From Octopus vulgaris (Eukaryota): 64,000 nucleotides of DNA. Location of the stretch: NCBI GenBank assembly GCA_951406725.2, contig OX597815.1:173228001-173292000 (forward strand), in the 5' to 3' direction. The translations under genes were made by a program, and so were the position numbers. Each line of letters starts with the position of its first letter. Position 1 is the first letter of the stretch. The notes under the pieces were generated by a model. That model was not told where the DNA came from and searched no databases. It was given only the letters and a program-made list of their open reading frames with translations. Shown piece by piece: positions 41,684 to 54,551 of the stretch.

Positions 41684-42912
41684 CTGAAAAATAAAAATCA
41701 GTAGCTAACTTTGTATAGAACTATGAAGTAATGTAGTTAGTAATAATCACAATAATCCTTAAGCTTCATCTAATGAACAGTAGGGAATCATAAGTATAAT
41801 TTGATAATTTCAGTAAATATTAAATACTAACAATAAATTAATCTTATTAAAATAAACAGTGAAGTTTAAAGCTTTGTATAAAGAATTTTAAATAATCATC
41901 TCAGAATAATGATACACTGGTACATGTAGTGCATCGGTATTTTACTAGTGAATTATTATTTTGGAAGTTTGTCTTTAACATTATATGAAACCTGGCAGGA
42001 CAGAATATAAAAATAGAAATTGATTGCAGCCATTTGTCTTCCACTGTGTATTGCATGAGAAAGTAGAATTATTTTAGTTTGCAGTAGTTATAACGTTAAA
42101 TGAAGAATAAGCACAAAAACAGAGAAGGGGAAGACATGACGATACCCGTTGGTTTATGCAGAGTATAGGAATGACAATGATATAAATAATAGAATAACTC
42201 TTAAGCATGTATATGTGATTGTGTGTGTGTGTGTATGTGTGTGTGTTTGTGTGCATATCCTCCTTAAAGTATTAATGATGAAGTATCCCAGTTTAGTGGA
42301 TTAACACAGCCACAGCAAAGATAAAAATAGTTATAGATTAAATACAAATATTTACTTTTAGTAGTGAGTGCATTTATGAGGAGATACAACAGTAATTTTC
42401 TGTGTGCACAACTAATCAGTATATACACAAAACAAAACAATTATTTTTACAGTAAAGAGACAGTACAAACACTAAAGACTAATAAAAATTTGGTGGTGGA
42501 ATTCTAAACGAAAAATACATTAAAAAGTCCCCCACACATTTAAAATCACCAAAAGTAAAATACACAATTCTGAATAAGAAAACTATCAACCACCTAGAAG
42601 GTAGCACATTAGTGTTTTAATTTCAATTCTTATTGGTAAGCTGTAACTCCCTCTAGGGCTTTATTTTATATATATATTCTCTTATTTAAATCTTCAAATT
42701 TATTTGATCTCATAACCTCCTGGAAATATATAATTACAACTGACAAGTGTTTTTCTACTGAGCAGCATCAAACTAAGAAAGTTATGTTATAAAACATGTT
42801 TTCATTGTAGTAGTGTCCTAAAAGGTACATAGAAGAAATTTTCCTTCCCAGACAATTTTAAAAGATTTGACACCATCTATTGAAAATCTTTGGATGAAAA
42901 AATTATGAGTGG

Positions 42913-42947
<35 letters not shown>

Positions 42948-44381
42948 GAGTATTCCTTGCAAGGAATTAATATTGTAAATGTGTGAGTGTGGGAAATTGT
43001 AGTGGAGAATAAAATAGTTGTAAAAAATTACAATTGGGAAAATAACAGAAAAAAGGAAATCAATCATAAAAATTATTCTAGTAGTTAAAATCACTGGTCC
43101 TCTTAATACTAATTAATTGATGAAGTATCATTTGTAACTGCATTGTGATTATTATACAATTATTACAACTACTTCAATAATGACTGCTGCCTCTAAAATT
43201 GCAATTCAAAATTACATTATTACTTATAATCAGATTACTATTGCTTCAGATTTCTATAAATTCTGTTTGGCTGGTAATATAGAAAGCTATGATAACTACT
43301 GGTTGCTAATCGGTGGTTTGGGCTATTTGGCGTAATCTGTTTTAATCTCATATAGTTGGCATTTTAATGAAAAAACTCTGTGTGTGTGTGCGTGAGAGAG
43401 AGAGAGAAGAGAGAGAGAGGGGAGAGATCAATAAATGAAAGTAACTTGGATTTGTAAAATAAGTTCTGAATAAGATAGTAGATGGAATTCTAAGTTAAGA
43501 ATTTTAAAGGGTAGTATTTGCATCAACATCATTTATCTGGATTATTATTTTAATAATTTTCTTCAATTTCAATAACATTCCACTGCCTTAAACTCGACAC
43601 TGGCATATATTTAATATCAAATATGAAAAATTCACTGCTTTCTATACTGCTGGGTGTAATATCAAGTTATTTATGTCAAAGCAAATTTCCATTGCAAATA
43701 GTTTGCATGGCATTCTCAGAAATCAAAATAATTGGTCTAAATGCTCCTAGATAGCCAAACCCTCAGCTTCCTTTCACCATAAATGTAATTCAAAGAATGA
43801 GGCTTGAAATCATAGTTTTAAAGTTTACATCATCCATGTCATATAAGCAAAAGCAATTTTAAACAGCATCAAGTCAGTGATTTTAAGATATGACACTAAA
43901 CATGGATATCAATGGCCAAAATACATAGAAAAGAAAAGAACAGAACAAGCTTCCTCCCAATTAAAAACTGTTTCAGGATCCTTCACTTAAGTGAATCTAT
44001 CATCAATGGACAATACAACTTTTATATATGTGTATGTGTGTGCATATATATGTGTGTGTATATATATATGTGTGTGTATATATATATGTGTGTGTGTGTG
44101 TGCATATATATATATAAATTATATTTGTGTGCATGTGTAGACCCTCTCCCCACATATATTGGACTGAATATACAGCTTATCCATTTGAGACCTTTTCTAA
44201 GAACCTACCTGTCTGCCCAAAATTGTAAATCTGATGTTGACATGAATGTGCAAACTGTCAAACTGCTTGATTAGAAATGCTGACAAACTGCCTTAAGAGC
44301 TAATGCAACACACACTATTATATTGAAATGACAATGCCTCCAGCAAATTACAAGATCTTACAGAATTATCAAATTACTTAC

Positions 44382-44442
44382 TTGATGTAATAAGGCACTT
44401 TATTAACGGCTACAGATCGCTCCCAGGGATTTTCCACTGAAA
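44382..44442 (-). CDS. DMD: Dystrophin coding exon, 61 nt (WW domain first half; human exon 62 equivalent)
   Basis: tttcag|TTTCAG...ATCAA|gtaag. (V)SVENPWERSVAVNKVPYYI(N) vs human SVQGPWERAISPNKVPYYIN. Confidence 0.95.
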
Positions 44443-44660
44443 CTGAAATGATTTTTTTAATTAAATAAAAATTAACATTTTGTTTGAATCTGTGAAAATT
44501 GTTATTGAATATTTCATTGTTATTTAGTTTTAAACATGTATAATGATAAATTTTTCTCATACGTCTAGAAATATTTCATTTATATTTATGACTTTTAGAA
44601 AATAATTAGCTTACACAGAGTATAATGCCACAACACATTTAAAATGGAGAGAAATGGGAA

Positions 44661-45445
44661 ACTGATATTCTAAAGGCCTTTAGACATGTTGCCTCTCCAG
44701 GTTTCAGAGCTGTATAGGAAAGCGAGTACAACTACTTTGTACAATATAAGTTTGGTTGTTCATCTCAGATCATGATTTTCATATACTCATCTCAGGCAAC
44801 CAAAGGTTGTGTTGGTACATTTTATCTTGTGTTGGATCTCCTCATTAATATCTGCAGTATGTGATAGGAAACTAACCAGATATTTAAAGTGCTCTATATT
44901 TTCTCCCATTTGTTTATGTATCTGAATAGAAGTATCAGATTCTTATATGCTGGGTGTTTGTGATGTTGAAGAAAACCATGTACATCCAGTGGTAAAACAG
45001 ATGATGGAATGTCAGTATTTTCAAGCAAGCCAGTATCTCCTGCACTGAAACCGTGATTATGCAACAATAACTTGGAAGAACTGTCCATGTTAAATAAATG
45101 GTGAACCTTCAGTTGTCCTAACATGTTTTATTTACAGCAGAAAGAAAGAAACCATAGATGAGGTAGACAAAGGAAGTAGTTCAAAAATGTACTACCAGAA
45201 AAATTAAAAAAAGAATGGCATTAATATGTCCAAATGGGAATTATTGGCAAATAACTGACACAAGTGGAGATGGATCAGGTATGATGGAGCACAACACTTC
45301 AACAGAACATGAGCCTAACATTTTGGTAATAAACAGTGTAGAAACAGCAAAAAAGTGACCATCACAACACCTCGTCTCCCATGAGATAAGAAATGCCTGG
45401 TTTGCAACTTGTGGGTCCCACATTGGTAAACATAACTACAAGTGG
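44661..45445. mobile_element. RTE/BovB-type LINE 3' fragment with inverted 5' segment
   Basis: 44661-44960 on - reads ENIEHFKYL..DINEEIQHKI..FLYSSETW. 44961-45445 on + reads LKKTMYIQW*NR..NVSIFKQA..HVK*M..HVLF..WELLAN..KWR..SHIG. Confidence 0.75.
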
Positions 45446-46125
45446 GTCTATAAAAGCTGAATCTGTTGGGTAAAAATGAACTTTGAGGGATTCATGAGGC
45501 AGGCATGCAAAATGGTTCATACTTAGAAACAGAACCATTCTATTAACTTAGTTCTTTGATTCAAGAAAACTATAAAGGATTCTAATCCTTGAACAACAAT
45601 ATTACTGTTCTCTCTCTCCCTATCTCACCCTGCCCCAAAATGAATTAATTTATGCATTTAAGAATATTAAAGTTAAATTTTAATTAGTTCTGAAAATCCA
45701 TGACAGCTGTTCTTAGTTCCAGAAAGTAAAGCTATTAGCATTGTTTATGAAAGTCTGAAAATTTCTACAATAATTAAAATATTTCATTACAACTTTTGTT
45801 TCAAATGGTTGCTGAAAATAATATATACAGAATACATACTTATAACTAGCAAAAACTAAATCTTTTTCATTTGCTATGATACTCTTATCTATAATATATA
45901 TTTCATTCAGAATAAACTTCTTCAAGCATACAAATATTTCACTTATGTATACTTACACAATCTAATGTTTATAAAATATAAAACTATTTTTGAAAATGCA
46001 ATATCAAAATACACTGTATCAAAAAAAAAAAAATGACATGCAACTTTCATTTGTAGTAAAAGAAAAGTAGTAATTCAACCAGTCAAAATTTAATTACATT
46101 TTAAAATCAAATTACTTAAACTTAC

Positions 46126-46220
46126 CAATAAGAAAATGTTGAGAATTAGGCCCAAAATCCCTCAAGGCATCTTGAAGTTGTTTCAAACGGTCCTCAATAG
46201 CTAACTGTAAGGCTTTCCAT
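46126..46220 (-). CDS. DMD: Dystrophin coding exon, 95 nt (end of repeat 24 and hinge 4; human exon 60/61 region)
   Basis: cttcag|ATGG...ATTG|gtaag. (R)[31 protein letters not shown] vs human [31 protein letters not shown]. Phase 2/1. Confidence 0.95.
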
Positions 46221-47033
46221 CTGAAGTAAATCATACAGAGATTATTTATTTATAACTATGTGATTAAATAAGCTAAAGCAAATGATGATACTGATAGATA
46301 AGTGTGTACTTTAAGACCACTTTGTTGTTAGACTTGTGTGATTAAAACAAAAAATTATGCTGGATATAAAAATTTGATACATTTTGAAGATTTGTTCAAT
46401 ATAATCAGTTACAAATTTAACAAATAGAATTAAGTTTGCATTAGAACACTTGTAATAAATAAAAAGTTAACAGGATATGTATTATAAGGTTTTCTAGAAG
46501 ACAGAAAAATTGGCTATAATTTGTTAAATGAAAACAATGTTGGTAATATTTAATGGTTTAGAACTAGCTAAGTTATATTACTCTAGTGGCTTCAATTTAT
46601 CTGAGTGAGTAAAAGAAACACTGCTTAATATTTGCTTCAATACAGCACACAAAAATAAAATTCTAATGGTCATCTCACTTGCTCTAATATTGGAAAAAAA
46701 AGCAGATGTAAATAGTCAGTGAAAAAGATAAGCAACAATTTTAATAAAATTGGTTGACTTGCTGGTCAAATGTATTTCTGTGCAAAAATACTGAAGTAAT
46801 GAAAGTTTAATGTATATCAAGAGTAAAATATCTCAGCAAAAATAATGGCATTACACTTACCCTGTTATGGAAATTAAATCCCAGAAGAGAAATGAAGTCA
46901 TTACTTCAGTAATTTTATTAGAATTTTTTTTTAAAGGTTTTATTGAAATATTTTTTTTTACAGAAATTAACAGTCACAATGGACAGACATGTGAACAATT
47001 CTCTATAACAAACTGTATAATCATAAAACTAAC

Positions 47034-47164
47034 CTAGTATTATAGTCTTCTAGTTGCTGGATGTTTTTTGGGGAAAGTACCACTTCAGAAGCTTGTAGCT
47101 GGTTAGCCTGGTCATTAACATTATCAACTTGTCCTTGAAGAGGTGCAATTCTTTGTTGGAACGC
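47034..47164 (-). CDS. DMD: Dystrophin coding exon, 131 nt (spectrin repeat 24; human exon 60 region)
   Basis: cttacag|GCGTTC...ACTAG|gttagt. AFQQRIAPLQGQVDNVNDQANQLQASEVVLSPKNIQQLEDYNT(R) vs human ALRGEIAPLKENVSHVNDLARQL...LEDLNTR. Phase 0/2. Confidence 0.93.
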
Positions 47165-47227
47165 CTGTAAGCAATAGAAATGAAATTGACATTAAGAACC
47201 TTGCATATTAAGCACTGTTTCCACCTA

Positions 47228-47440
47228 TTTACTCTTTTACTTGTTTCAGTCATTTGACTGTGGCCATGCTGGAGCACCGCCTTTAGTCGATCAAATCGAT
47301 CCCAGGACTTATTCTTTGTAAGCCTAGTACTTATTCTATCGGTCACTTTTACTGAACCGCTAAGTTACGGGGACGTAAACACACCAGCATCGGTTGTCAA
47401 GCGATGTTGGTCGGACAAACACATACACACACATATACAT

Positions 47441-47482
<42 letters not shown>

Positions 47483-47645
47483 GACAGGCTTCTTTCAGTT
47501 TCCGTCTACCAAATCCACTCACAAGGCTTTGGTCAGCCCGAGGCTATAGTAGAAGACACTTGCCCAAGGTGCCACGCAGTGGGACTGAACCCGGAACCAT
47601 GTGGTTGGTAAGCAAGCTACTTATCACACAGCCACTGCTGCGCCT
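47228..47645 (-). mobile_element. Full-length tRNA-derived SINE, family A
   Basis: Reverse complement of the copy at 52183-52600 along its whole length. Confidence 0.85.
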
Positions 47646-48294
47646 ATTATTGACTTTTTTTTTACTAAATATGATAAAATGATTGATCATACTAACATAT
47701 GTGTGAATATGTACTAAGACACAACCACAGGGAAAATAAATCAGGATAAATTTTAATGACTAGAAATCTACTCTTCATTTAAAATGGTAGTGTCCACTAA
47801 ATTTACAGTGATTCTTTTAAAGACTACATTATATTTTTTAAGCTGTATGTCACAGAACAGTGGGTGTTTTTTCATGGCACCAGCACAAATAAAATTGTTG
47901 ACATTAAGAAGAGCACCCAGTCATAAAAATGAAGCTAAAGGAGACATTGGAGCATGATGCATCACTTTGGGCCTGATTGGATCCTGTCCAACTGTCTTAT
48001 GCCTGACAGCATTGAACATGGATATCAAATAATGATGATATGTTGCAATTTTCACACACTCAGATTTCATGTCCATTTAACAGTGCTACATTATCAGTAA
48101 CAGAATGAGAGTTTGCTCTGATAGGGAACATGGTAGTTATTTAAATTATTCAATCTTAGGTTAAAAGTTTTCATTATCAGTTGTATTTCCTATAAGACAA
48201 TGTAATGATTTTAAAATTTCCATTCCGCAAAACAAAGCTTTAAAGAGCTGAAATTAAGCATTTGTTACAAAACAAGATCTTTGAAATCTATAAG

Positions 48295-48334
<40 letters not shown>

Positions 48335-48574
48335 ATCATCCTCATTAGCCTTTAAAGTCGGTTTTCCATGCTTGCATGAGTTGGACAGTTTGACCAGAGC
48401 TGGCAAGCAGGAGAGCAGCAGCAAATTCCAGTCTGATTTGGCTTGGTTTCTATAGCTGGATACCCTTCCTAATGCCAACAATTTTACAGAGTATGCTGGG
48501 TGCTTTTTATATGGCACCAGCAGAGGTGCTTTTATGTGACACCGGCACAGGTGATATTAAATGGCACCAGAATG

Positions 48575-48810
48575 AAGGCGGCAAGCTGGCAAAAACGTTA
48601 GCATGCCGGGCAAAATGCTTAGTGATATTTCGTCTGCCGCTACATTCTGAGTTCAAATTCTGCCGCGGTTGACTTTGCCTTTCATCCTTTCAGCGTCAAT
48701 TAAATAAGTACCAGTCACACACTGAGATCGACATAATCAACTTAATCCATTTGTCTGTCTTTGTTTGTCCTCTCTGTGTGTAGCCCCTTGTGGGCAGTAA
48801 AGAAATAAGA
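48575..48810 (+). mobile_element. SINE family B
   Basis: aggcggcaagctggcaaaaacgttagcatgccgggc..gagttcaaattc (B box)..ctttgcctttcatcctttc..aaataagtaccag. Confidence 0.8.
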
Positions 48811-49193
48811 ATGGGTGATTTTAATGTGGAACCAGGTTCTAGCAGACCAATCCTCTTCAGCAGAGTGGCATTAACACTTCTGTTGTGAAGGATGGGTCTT
48901 TCTGAGTACAGCAAATATCTTGGTTCTTTGTCATCTTCTCTGTAAGGTTTAGTGTATGCATATATATACACACACACACACACATATAGCTTAATGTTCA
49001 TTCAGTAAAGTCATTCATTATAAGCTCACGTGTAAAATCATCTTTATAACATTTCAGAATAGATTCATATACTGTGTTCCTTATAGACATCTGATTTAAA
49101 GAGAGAATCTTTCTAAATACAGTTTATAAGAATTTCACTCATAACTTAAAGAAGTGCATGTTGCATGAAGGTGGGAGAGTTATATTCCTTCAG

Positions 49194-49224
<31 letters not shown>

Positions 49225-50308
49225 GTGTGAAACAACACACATACAAAGGAAAACATTACAAATATTATAATTTTTCTTTTGCTGCTTAAAGGCTGCACTT
49301 AACAGCATTCATTTACTTTGAAAGTAACCACACTGAAGGAAAACTCTATGAAGAAGGTCATGGTATATAGTGTCAAAAACCTCTGAATATAATAAAATGT
49401 CAAACTTGTCATTTAAAACATTCTTCCTGTATCAGTACCATGCATCAACGATTGTGTCACCGTGCTACATTAACAAGCTCCACAAATCATTGAAGTATGA
49501 CTGAATTTCCTGTGCTTTGACAAGTCTGTCAATTATTAGTTAAGTGGTATAGAGATTGTTGTTATTCCTTTCACTAGTCTTGTCAAGCATCATTAGTTTT
49601 GAAGAATTAGTTTTGGAGTGTGGTTTCATTCTATAACTATGCAGTGTAATGGGAAGCAGAAGTGTCATTGAATTCACAACTTGGTAATGCTCGGAGTTGT
49701 AGCAAATTGCAGTGATGTGCTCAAAGAGACTCCCTTGTTATAAATTGATTACTCCACCCTTAAGAATAAAGGAATGACAGAATTATCCCTTATTTTTGCC
49801 TTTACAATTCAGGCAAAGTGTAATTTCCCTCCTAGTGCATAAGCTGTAGTATATAACTGGTTAGACTTGAAGAGACATTATGTCAGAACACCTGACAATG
49901 ATTCAGTCTGTAAGATATTAATGCTTTGGTATTAATACAAGTACTTGTATCTATATTTTTTATCTCAATTTATGTTATAGGTTTTCAAGGGGTTAATTGC
50001 TGGTTGACTGCACTTCTGATGGCAAGAGTGACTAGGAGTGTGTAACTTAATGCAAAGAATATTCTATACTAATACAAATTGAAAGCTGCACTTTTGTGTG
50101 TGTGTGTATAAAACACACACATAAAGAGAGAGAAACAGAGAAAGTCGCTTGTTAAGATTATCTCCACAGATTTTCTATAGAAATTATAGCCAGTATTGAT
50201 TTTAATAAGTGATTAAATAGAACTGTTAACATAATAGAAATGCAGTATTGACTTATAAAGCATTTAATATACTTTGTAGTATATTATATACATATAATAT
50301 GATGGTGA

Positions 50309-50642
50309 ATGCACATGGCTCAGTGGTTAGAGCATCAAGCTTACAATCGTGAGCTTGTGAGTTCAATTCCTGGACCAGGCTGTGTGTTGTGTTCTTGAGC
50401 AAGACACTTTATTTCACGTTGCTCCAGTTAACTCAGCTGTAGAAATGAGTTGCGACATCACTGATGCCAAGATGTATCGGCCTTTGCCTTTCCCTTGGAT
50501 AACATCAGTGGTGTGGAGAGGAGAGGCTGGTATGCATGGGTGACTGCTGGCTTTCAACAAAACAACCTTGCCCAGACTTGTGCCTTGGAGGGTAAGTTTC
50601 TAGATGCAATCCCATGGTCATTCATGACCGAAAGGGGTCTCC
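50309..50642 (+). mobile_element. tRNA-derived SINE, family C
   Basis: A box tggctcagtggttagagc, B box gagttcaattcc, followed by tgtgttcttgagcaagacacttt and a non-tRNA body. Confidence 0.75.
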
Positions 50643-50745
50643 AATAATATAATGAAATACGATGTCCCTACAAGTCATTAAAATAGAGGGTGAGAGAGGG
50701 AGGGAGAGAGATAGGGGAGAGAAGGAGAGAGTGAGACACACACAC

Positions 50746-50921
50746 TTAACCTTTTCGTTACCGTATTTATTTTGAGATGCTCTGTGTTTCTTTCAATTAT
50801 TTTAAATATAACAAAGAATTTAGTAAAATAACATCGTTATCATTAAGCTAGTGTTGGGAACATAAATTGGGACTAAGTTTTGGCGGAAGATTTTAAGCCG
50901 GGTTGGTAACGAAAGGGTTAA
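50746..50921. mobile_element. piggyBac-type MITE with TTAA target-site duplication
   Basis: TTAA-ccttttcgttacc ... ggtaacgaaaggg-TTAA; 168-bp body. Confidence 0.8.
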
Positions 50922-52182
50922 GATAGATATAAACATGGTGAGCCTCCATTCAATTTCCATCATCACAGGTACTGGTCAATTTGAGGCTATGATAGAAGAT
51001 ACTTGCTGAAAGTTCTGTGCAGTAAAATTGAACTCAAAATTATCTGGTTGCAAACTGAACTCATTAACCACCAGCTATAGAATTTTATTGTTTTGGTTAA
51101 ATATGGCCACCTTCACAAAGAATCAACAAACCATGAGTCATTCTTATGCTAACCAGTGTTTCTGAAGAGATTTGGTATTATTCTTTACAGTAATGCATAT
51201 CATACAGAGATGATTTTCTTTTTAGTTTTGCAAACAATAATATAGACGCCTTATGTTTGGAGAGTAATAATTATAGAAAGGATATCTTTGAGACATTCTT
51301 CATCAGTTGACATCTCTTATGCCAATGCCATTTTCATATCTCATTAAAAAACTACTTTGATATCAAAACTTGTGGTTACAGATTTCTTCTAAGTTAATCA
51401 CAAATTGACTGCATTTTAGTAAAAGACACACACACACATTTTAACCACACAATCATATATGACCTTATCACATTGTTCCTTCCTATTTATTAGATAGTAG
51501 AATATGTTTAATAACAAAGTTTCTTGCATGAGAATTCTTAAAAAAATATGTTCTATATTAAAAATGTTGATGTCTATCACTGTAGCTTTTTTCTAATAAG
51601 TTCCCTCAATGTCATTACTTGACCCAATGACAGTGATGCAATTTCATTCTCAAATTTTAAAGGAATGTATTTTGGCAGGTTTTAGAGTGAATCTTAATGT
51701 CACACTGAGAGCAGCAATCCAACAAAAACAAGAATTGGTAATTTTGAGACCATGGTCACTCTCCAGAAATGTTGAACAAGTCATACGGATGTTTTCTAGA
51801 TATACCCAGATCATTCATTGTGCTCTTGACATCAAGATGGTTTTGTGCAAAAGCTAATACTATCTTATTAACTTCATCAGATTGGAATATCACAGAAAGC
51901 AGATCTAGTATAATGATTGTTTCTTCACCACTTCATGAACCCCCAAGTTTTAAGTGTACCTTCTAGTACTTGCCTTTCTTTCCTATGTTCCACTAACAAG
52001 CAAGACAGTAGTTGGTTTGTGAAACTTGTTGACCATTAATTTCTCAATTCTTTGTCCCATTGGTTTCTACAACATTGTTCATTTAGTGTGCAAAAGGAGA
52101 AAATCTATTTAGACACTATCTAATTAACCCATAGATCAGTAATACTGGATGTATAGTTAGTAATGACAAATCTTTCATACAC

Positions 52183-52342
52183 GCATGAGTGGCTGTGTGG
52201 TAAGTAGCTTGCTTACCAACCACATGGTTCCGGGTTCATTCCCACTGCGTGGCACCTTGGGCAAATGTCTTTTACTATAGCCTCGGGCCGACCAAAGCCT
52301 TGTGAGTGGATTTGGCAGACGGAAACTGAAAGAAGCTCGTCA

Positions 52343-52373
<31 letters not shown>

Positions 52374-52600
52374 GTGTGTGTGTGTGTGTGTGTTTATGTG
52401 TTTGTGTTTGTCCTCCCAAGATTGCGTGACAACCGATGCTGGTGTGTTTATGTCCCTGTAACTTAGCGGTTCGGCAAAAAGGACCGACAGAATAAGTACT
52501 AGGCTTACAAAGAATAAGTCCTGGGGTCAATGTGCTCGACTAAAGGCGGTGTTCCGGCATGGCCACAGTCAAATGACTGAAACAAGTAAAGAGAAAAGAG
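52183..52600 (+). mobile_element. Full-length tRNA-derived SINE, family A, with internal (TA)/(TG) microsatellite
   Basis: A box tggctgtgtggtaag, B box ggttcattccc; 3' end aaatgactgaaacaagtaaagag; many related copies in the window. Confidence 0.85.
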
Positions 52601-54416
52601 CATACACAAATGTATGTGAGTTTGTGTGCTTGCATATGCTTGTGCATTAGCATACACATGCATTTATGTCCTTCTATGAATACACATATGGGAAACAAAG
52701 TGGTTGTGAAGTTAAGGTGCTGGACAACTGATTATGTAAAATCATGGGTTTAAAATTTACAACTATTTCAAATCATATAACTGCTTGATTCAGTCTGCCT
52801 GGATGACAAACAAGTTACACACCTATTTCATGTCAAAGTGGTTAGTCATAGGTTTGGCATCTAGCTGCCAAATATTTGCTTCAACAATCAATAAATCGAC
52901 TCATTTCTGGTGATGATTTTTATCTATCTTAGCAAAGAAAATATGAGTGCGCAAGCATATGTGTTTATGGATGCAAAGAATTTAATTTTTTTAATACAAC
53001 TCAGTAAAAACTATAACAAAAAAAATCTATTTTTCTCAACCTAAATTACTTTTATTTATTTATTCATTTATCTATTTAGTAATAAAAAAATGTGATTTAG
53101 ATGAGGAAAAGAAAATTTTTCTGTAATATGTATAAACCATTATATACTACTCTTATCAAGATATTTAGCGATACACTAGTGAGTGAGGGTGTGTGCTGAG
53201 AAAGAGAGAGTTGAAAGAAAGTAATTTTTATATCAGCAAATTAGCAACTCATTTCCCTGTCAATATTTTACTACTAATATAAAAGTAGAAACATTTTATG
53301 ACAAGACAAGTGCAAGTTATGGTAGCTGACTATTGTATTGTCAGGAGAGCAGTTATAAAACAATCTGTAGATCAGATAATAATAAACTAGGCAAATTATT
53401 TTAGTCACTGACTTATTTTAGGAGAATATTGTTTCAGTTTTTCATATTTATTCCCTTGAGTCATTCTTTGATAAGCTCCTTGCATTTTGTTGAGGTTGTT
53501 TTTGTAAGTTTATATCATGAGAAAGCAATTGAATAAATTTAGATATTCTCACCAACTTGAAATTATCACCTGAATAAATAAAGTTCTTGGGTTAAACCAA
53601 GCTATAAAATAATACTGTAAAGGAATGATATTTAATTATAGAAGACCTTATTAAACACTGAGTATGAAACTGAAATAGACAAGGTTTACATTTAAGAATT
53701 ACTGTAATACAGTGAATGGGTTTCAAATCTGTTTCCATGAAGACCATTCCAGTTGATCAACCAAAAGAGATATCCAATCATTGAATTATTGTGTACAGTC
53801 TATTCCACAGATGTTTATACTCTTAACAGTAATACTCAAGCAGAGTCTGCATGGCACTGCGTGTGATAAAGCATTTCCTTTGAATTACAGATGCCGTCCA
53901 TCTGACAAGCTTCCACATAGTCTACAACTACAAAAGTGAAATATAGTTGTAGACACTTGCCCAAAGTGCTGCACAGTGGGATCAAACATGGGGCCTCAAA
54001 GTTCTCAACAATTTGGATATGCCATCTATCTATGGTGCAGTAATCAAAAAAGCAAATATCAACAAATTGACTGAACTAATTACTTCAATGACCTATTAAG
54101 ACTTATTTTTCACAAAGATCAAAAGTTGTTAGGGCAATTTATGAAAGTTGATAGAAATAAAGGGATGTGTGTTGGAAATATCTGGATTGAAGGGACAGCA
54201 GAAAAATAGCTGAAAATACATCAATAAAGAGTGTATGCACTAAATCAGGTGGTGAGCATAAACACTAAAGCATGCAAAATATAGTGTAGCTGTGGCTCAG
54301 ATTTGTATTCTCTGTTAGTTAGGAACTAAAATCTATTTTTCATGTAACTTTATCCATAGTCAGATAACTGAAGGAATAATGACACACCATAATCTTAGAA
54401 AAACATGTGTACTCAC

Positions 54417-54551
54417 TTTCGTCAAGTCTATTTCTTCTTGTAGGTTCTCAATAATCACATCACCAACATGTTGCCACTTGGACCTCTCATCCTCAGATTC
54501 CTGGAGTTGTTCATTCAAATAATCCATTGCTTCATGGAACACAGTCATTTT
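54417..54551 (-). CDS. DMD: Dystrophin coding exon, 135 nt (spectrin repeat 24; 3' part of human exon 59 equivalent)
   Basis: taacag|AAAATG...AAA|gtgagt. KMTVFHEAMDYLNEQLQESEDERSKWQHVGDVIIENLQEEIDLTK vs human ...SWQPVGDLLIDSLQDHLEKVK. Phase 0/0. Confidence 0.92.

Noticed and set aside
41684-44381. Dp71-like alternative first exon in the intron-62 equivalent
   Set aside because: No convincing ATG with a phase-2 donor. The one candidate near 42033 ends at a weak phase-0 site.
50309-50380. tRNA gene
   Set aside because: A and B boxes are present, but there is no proper cloverleaf and the sequence continues into a SINE body.
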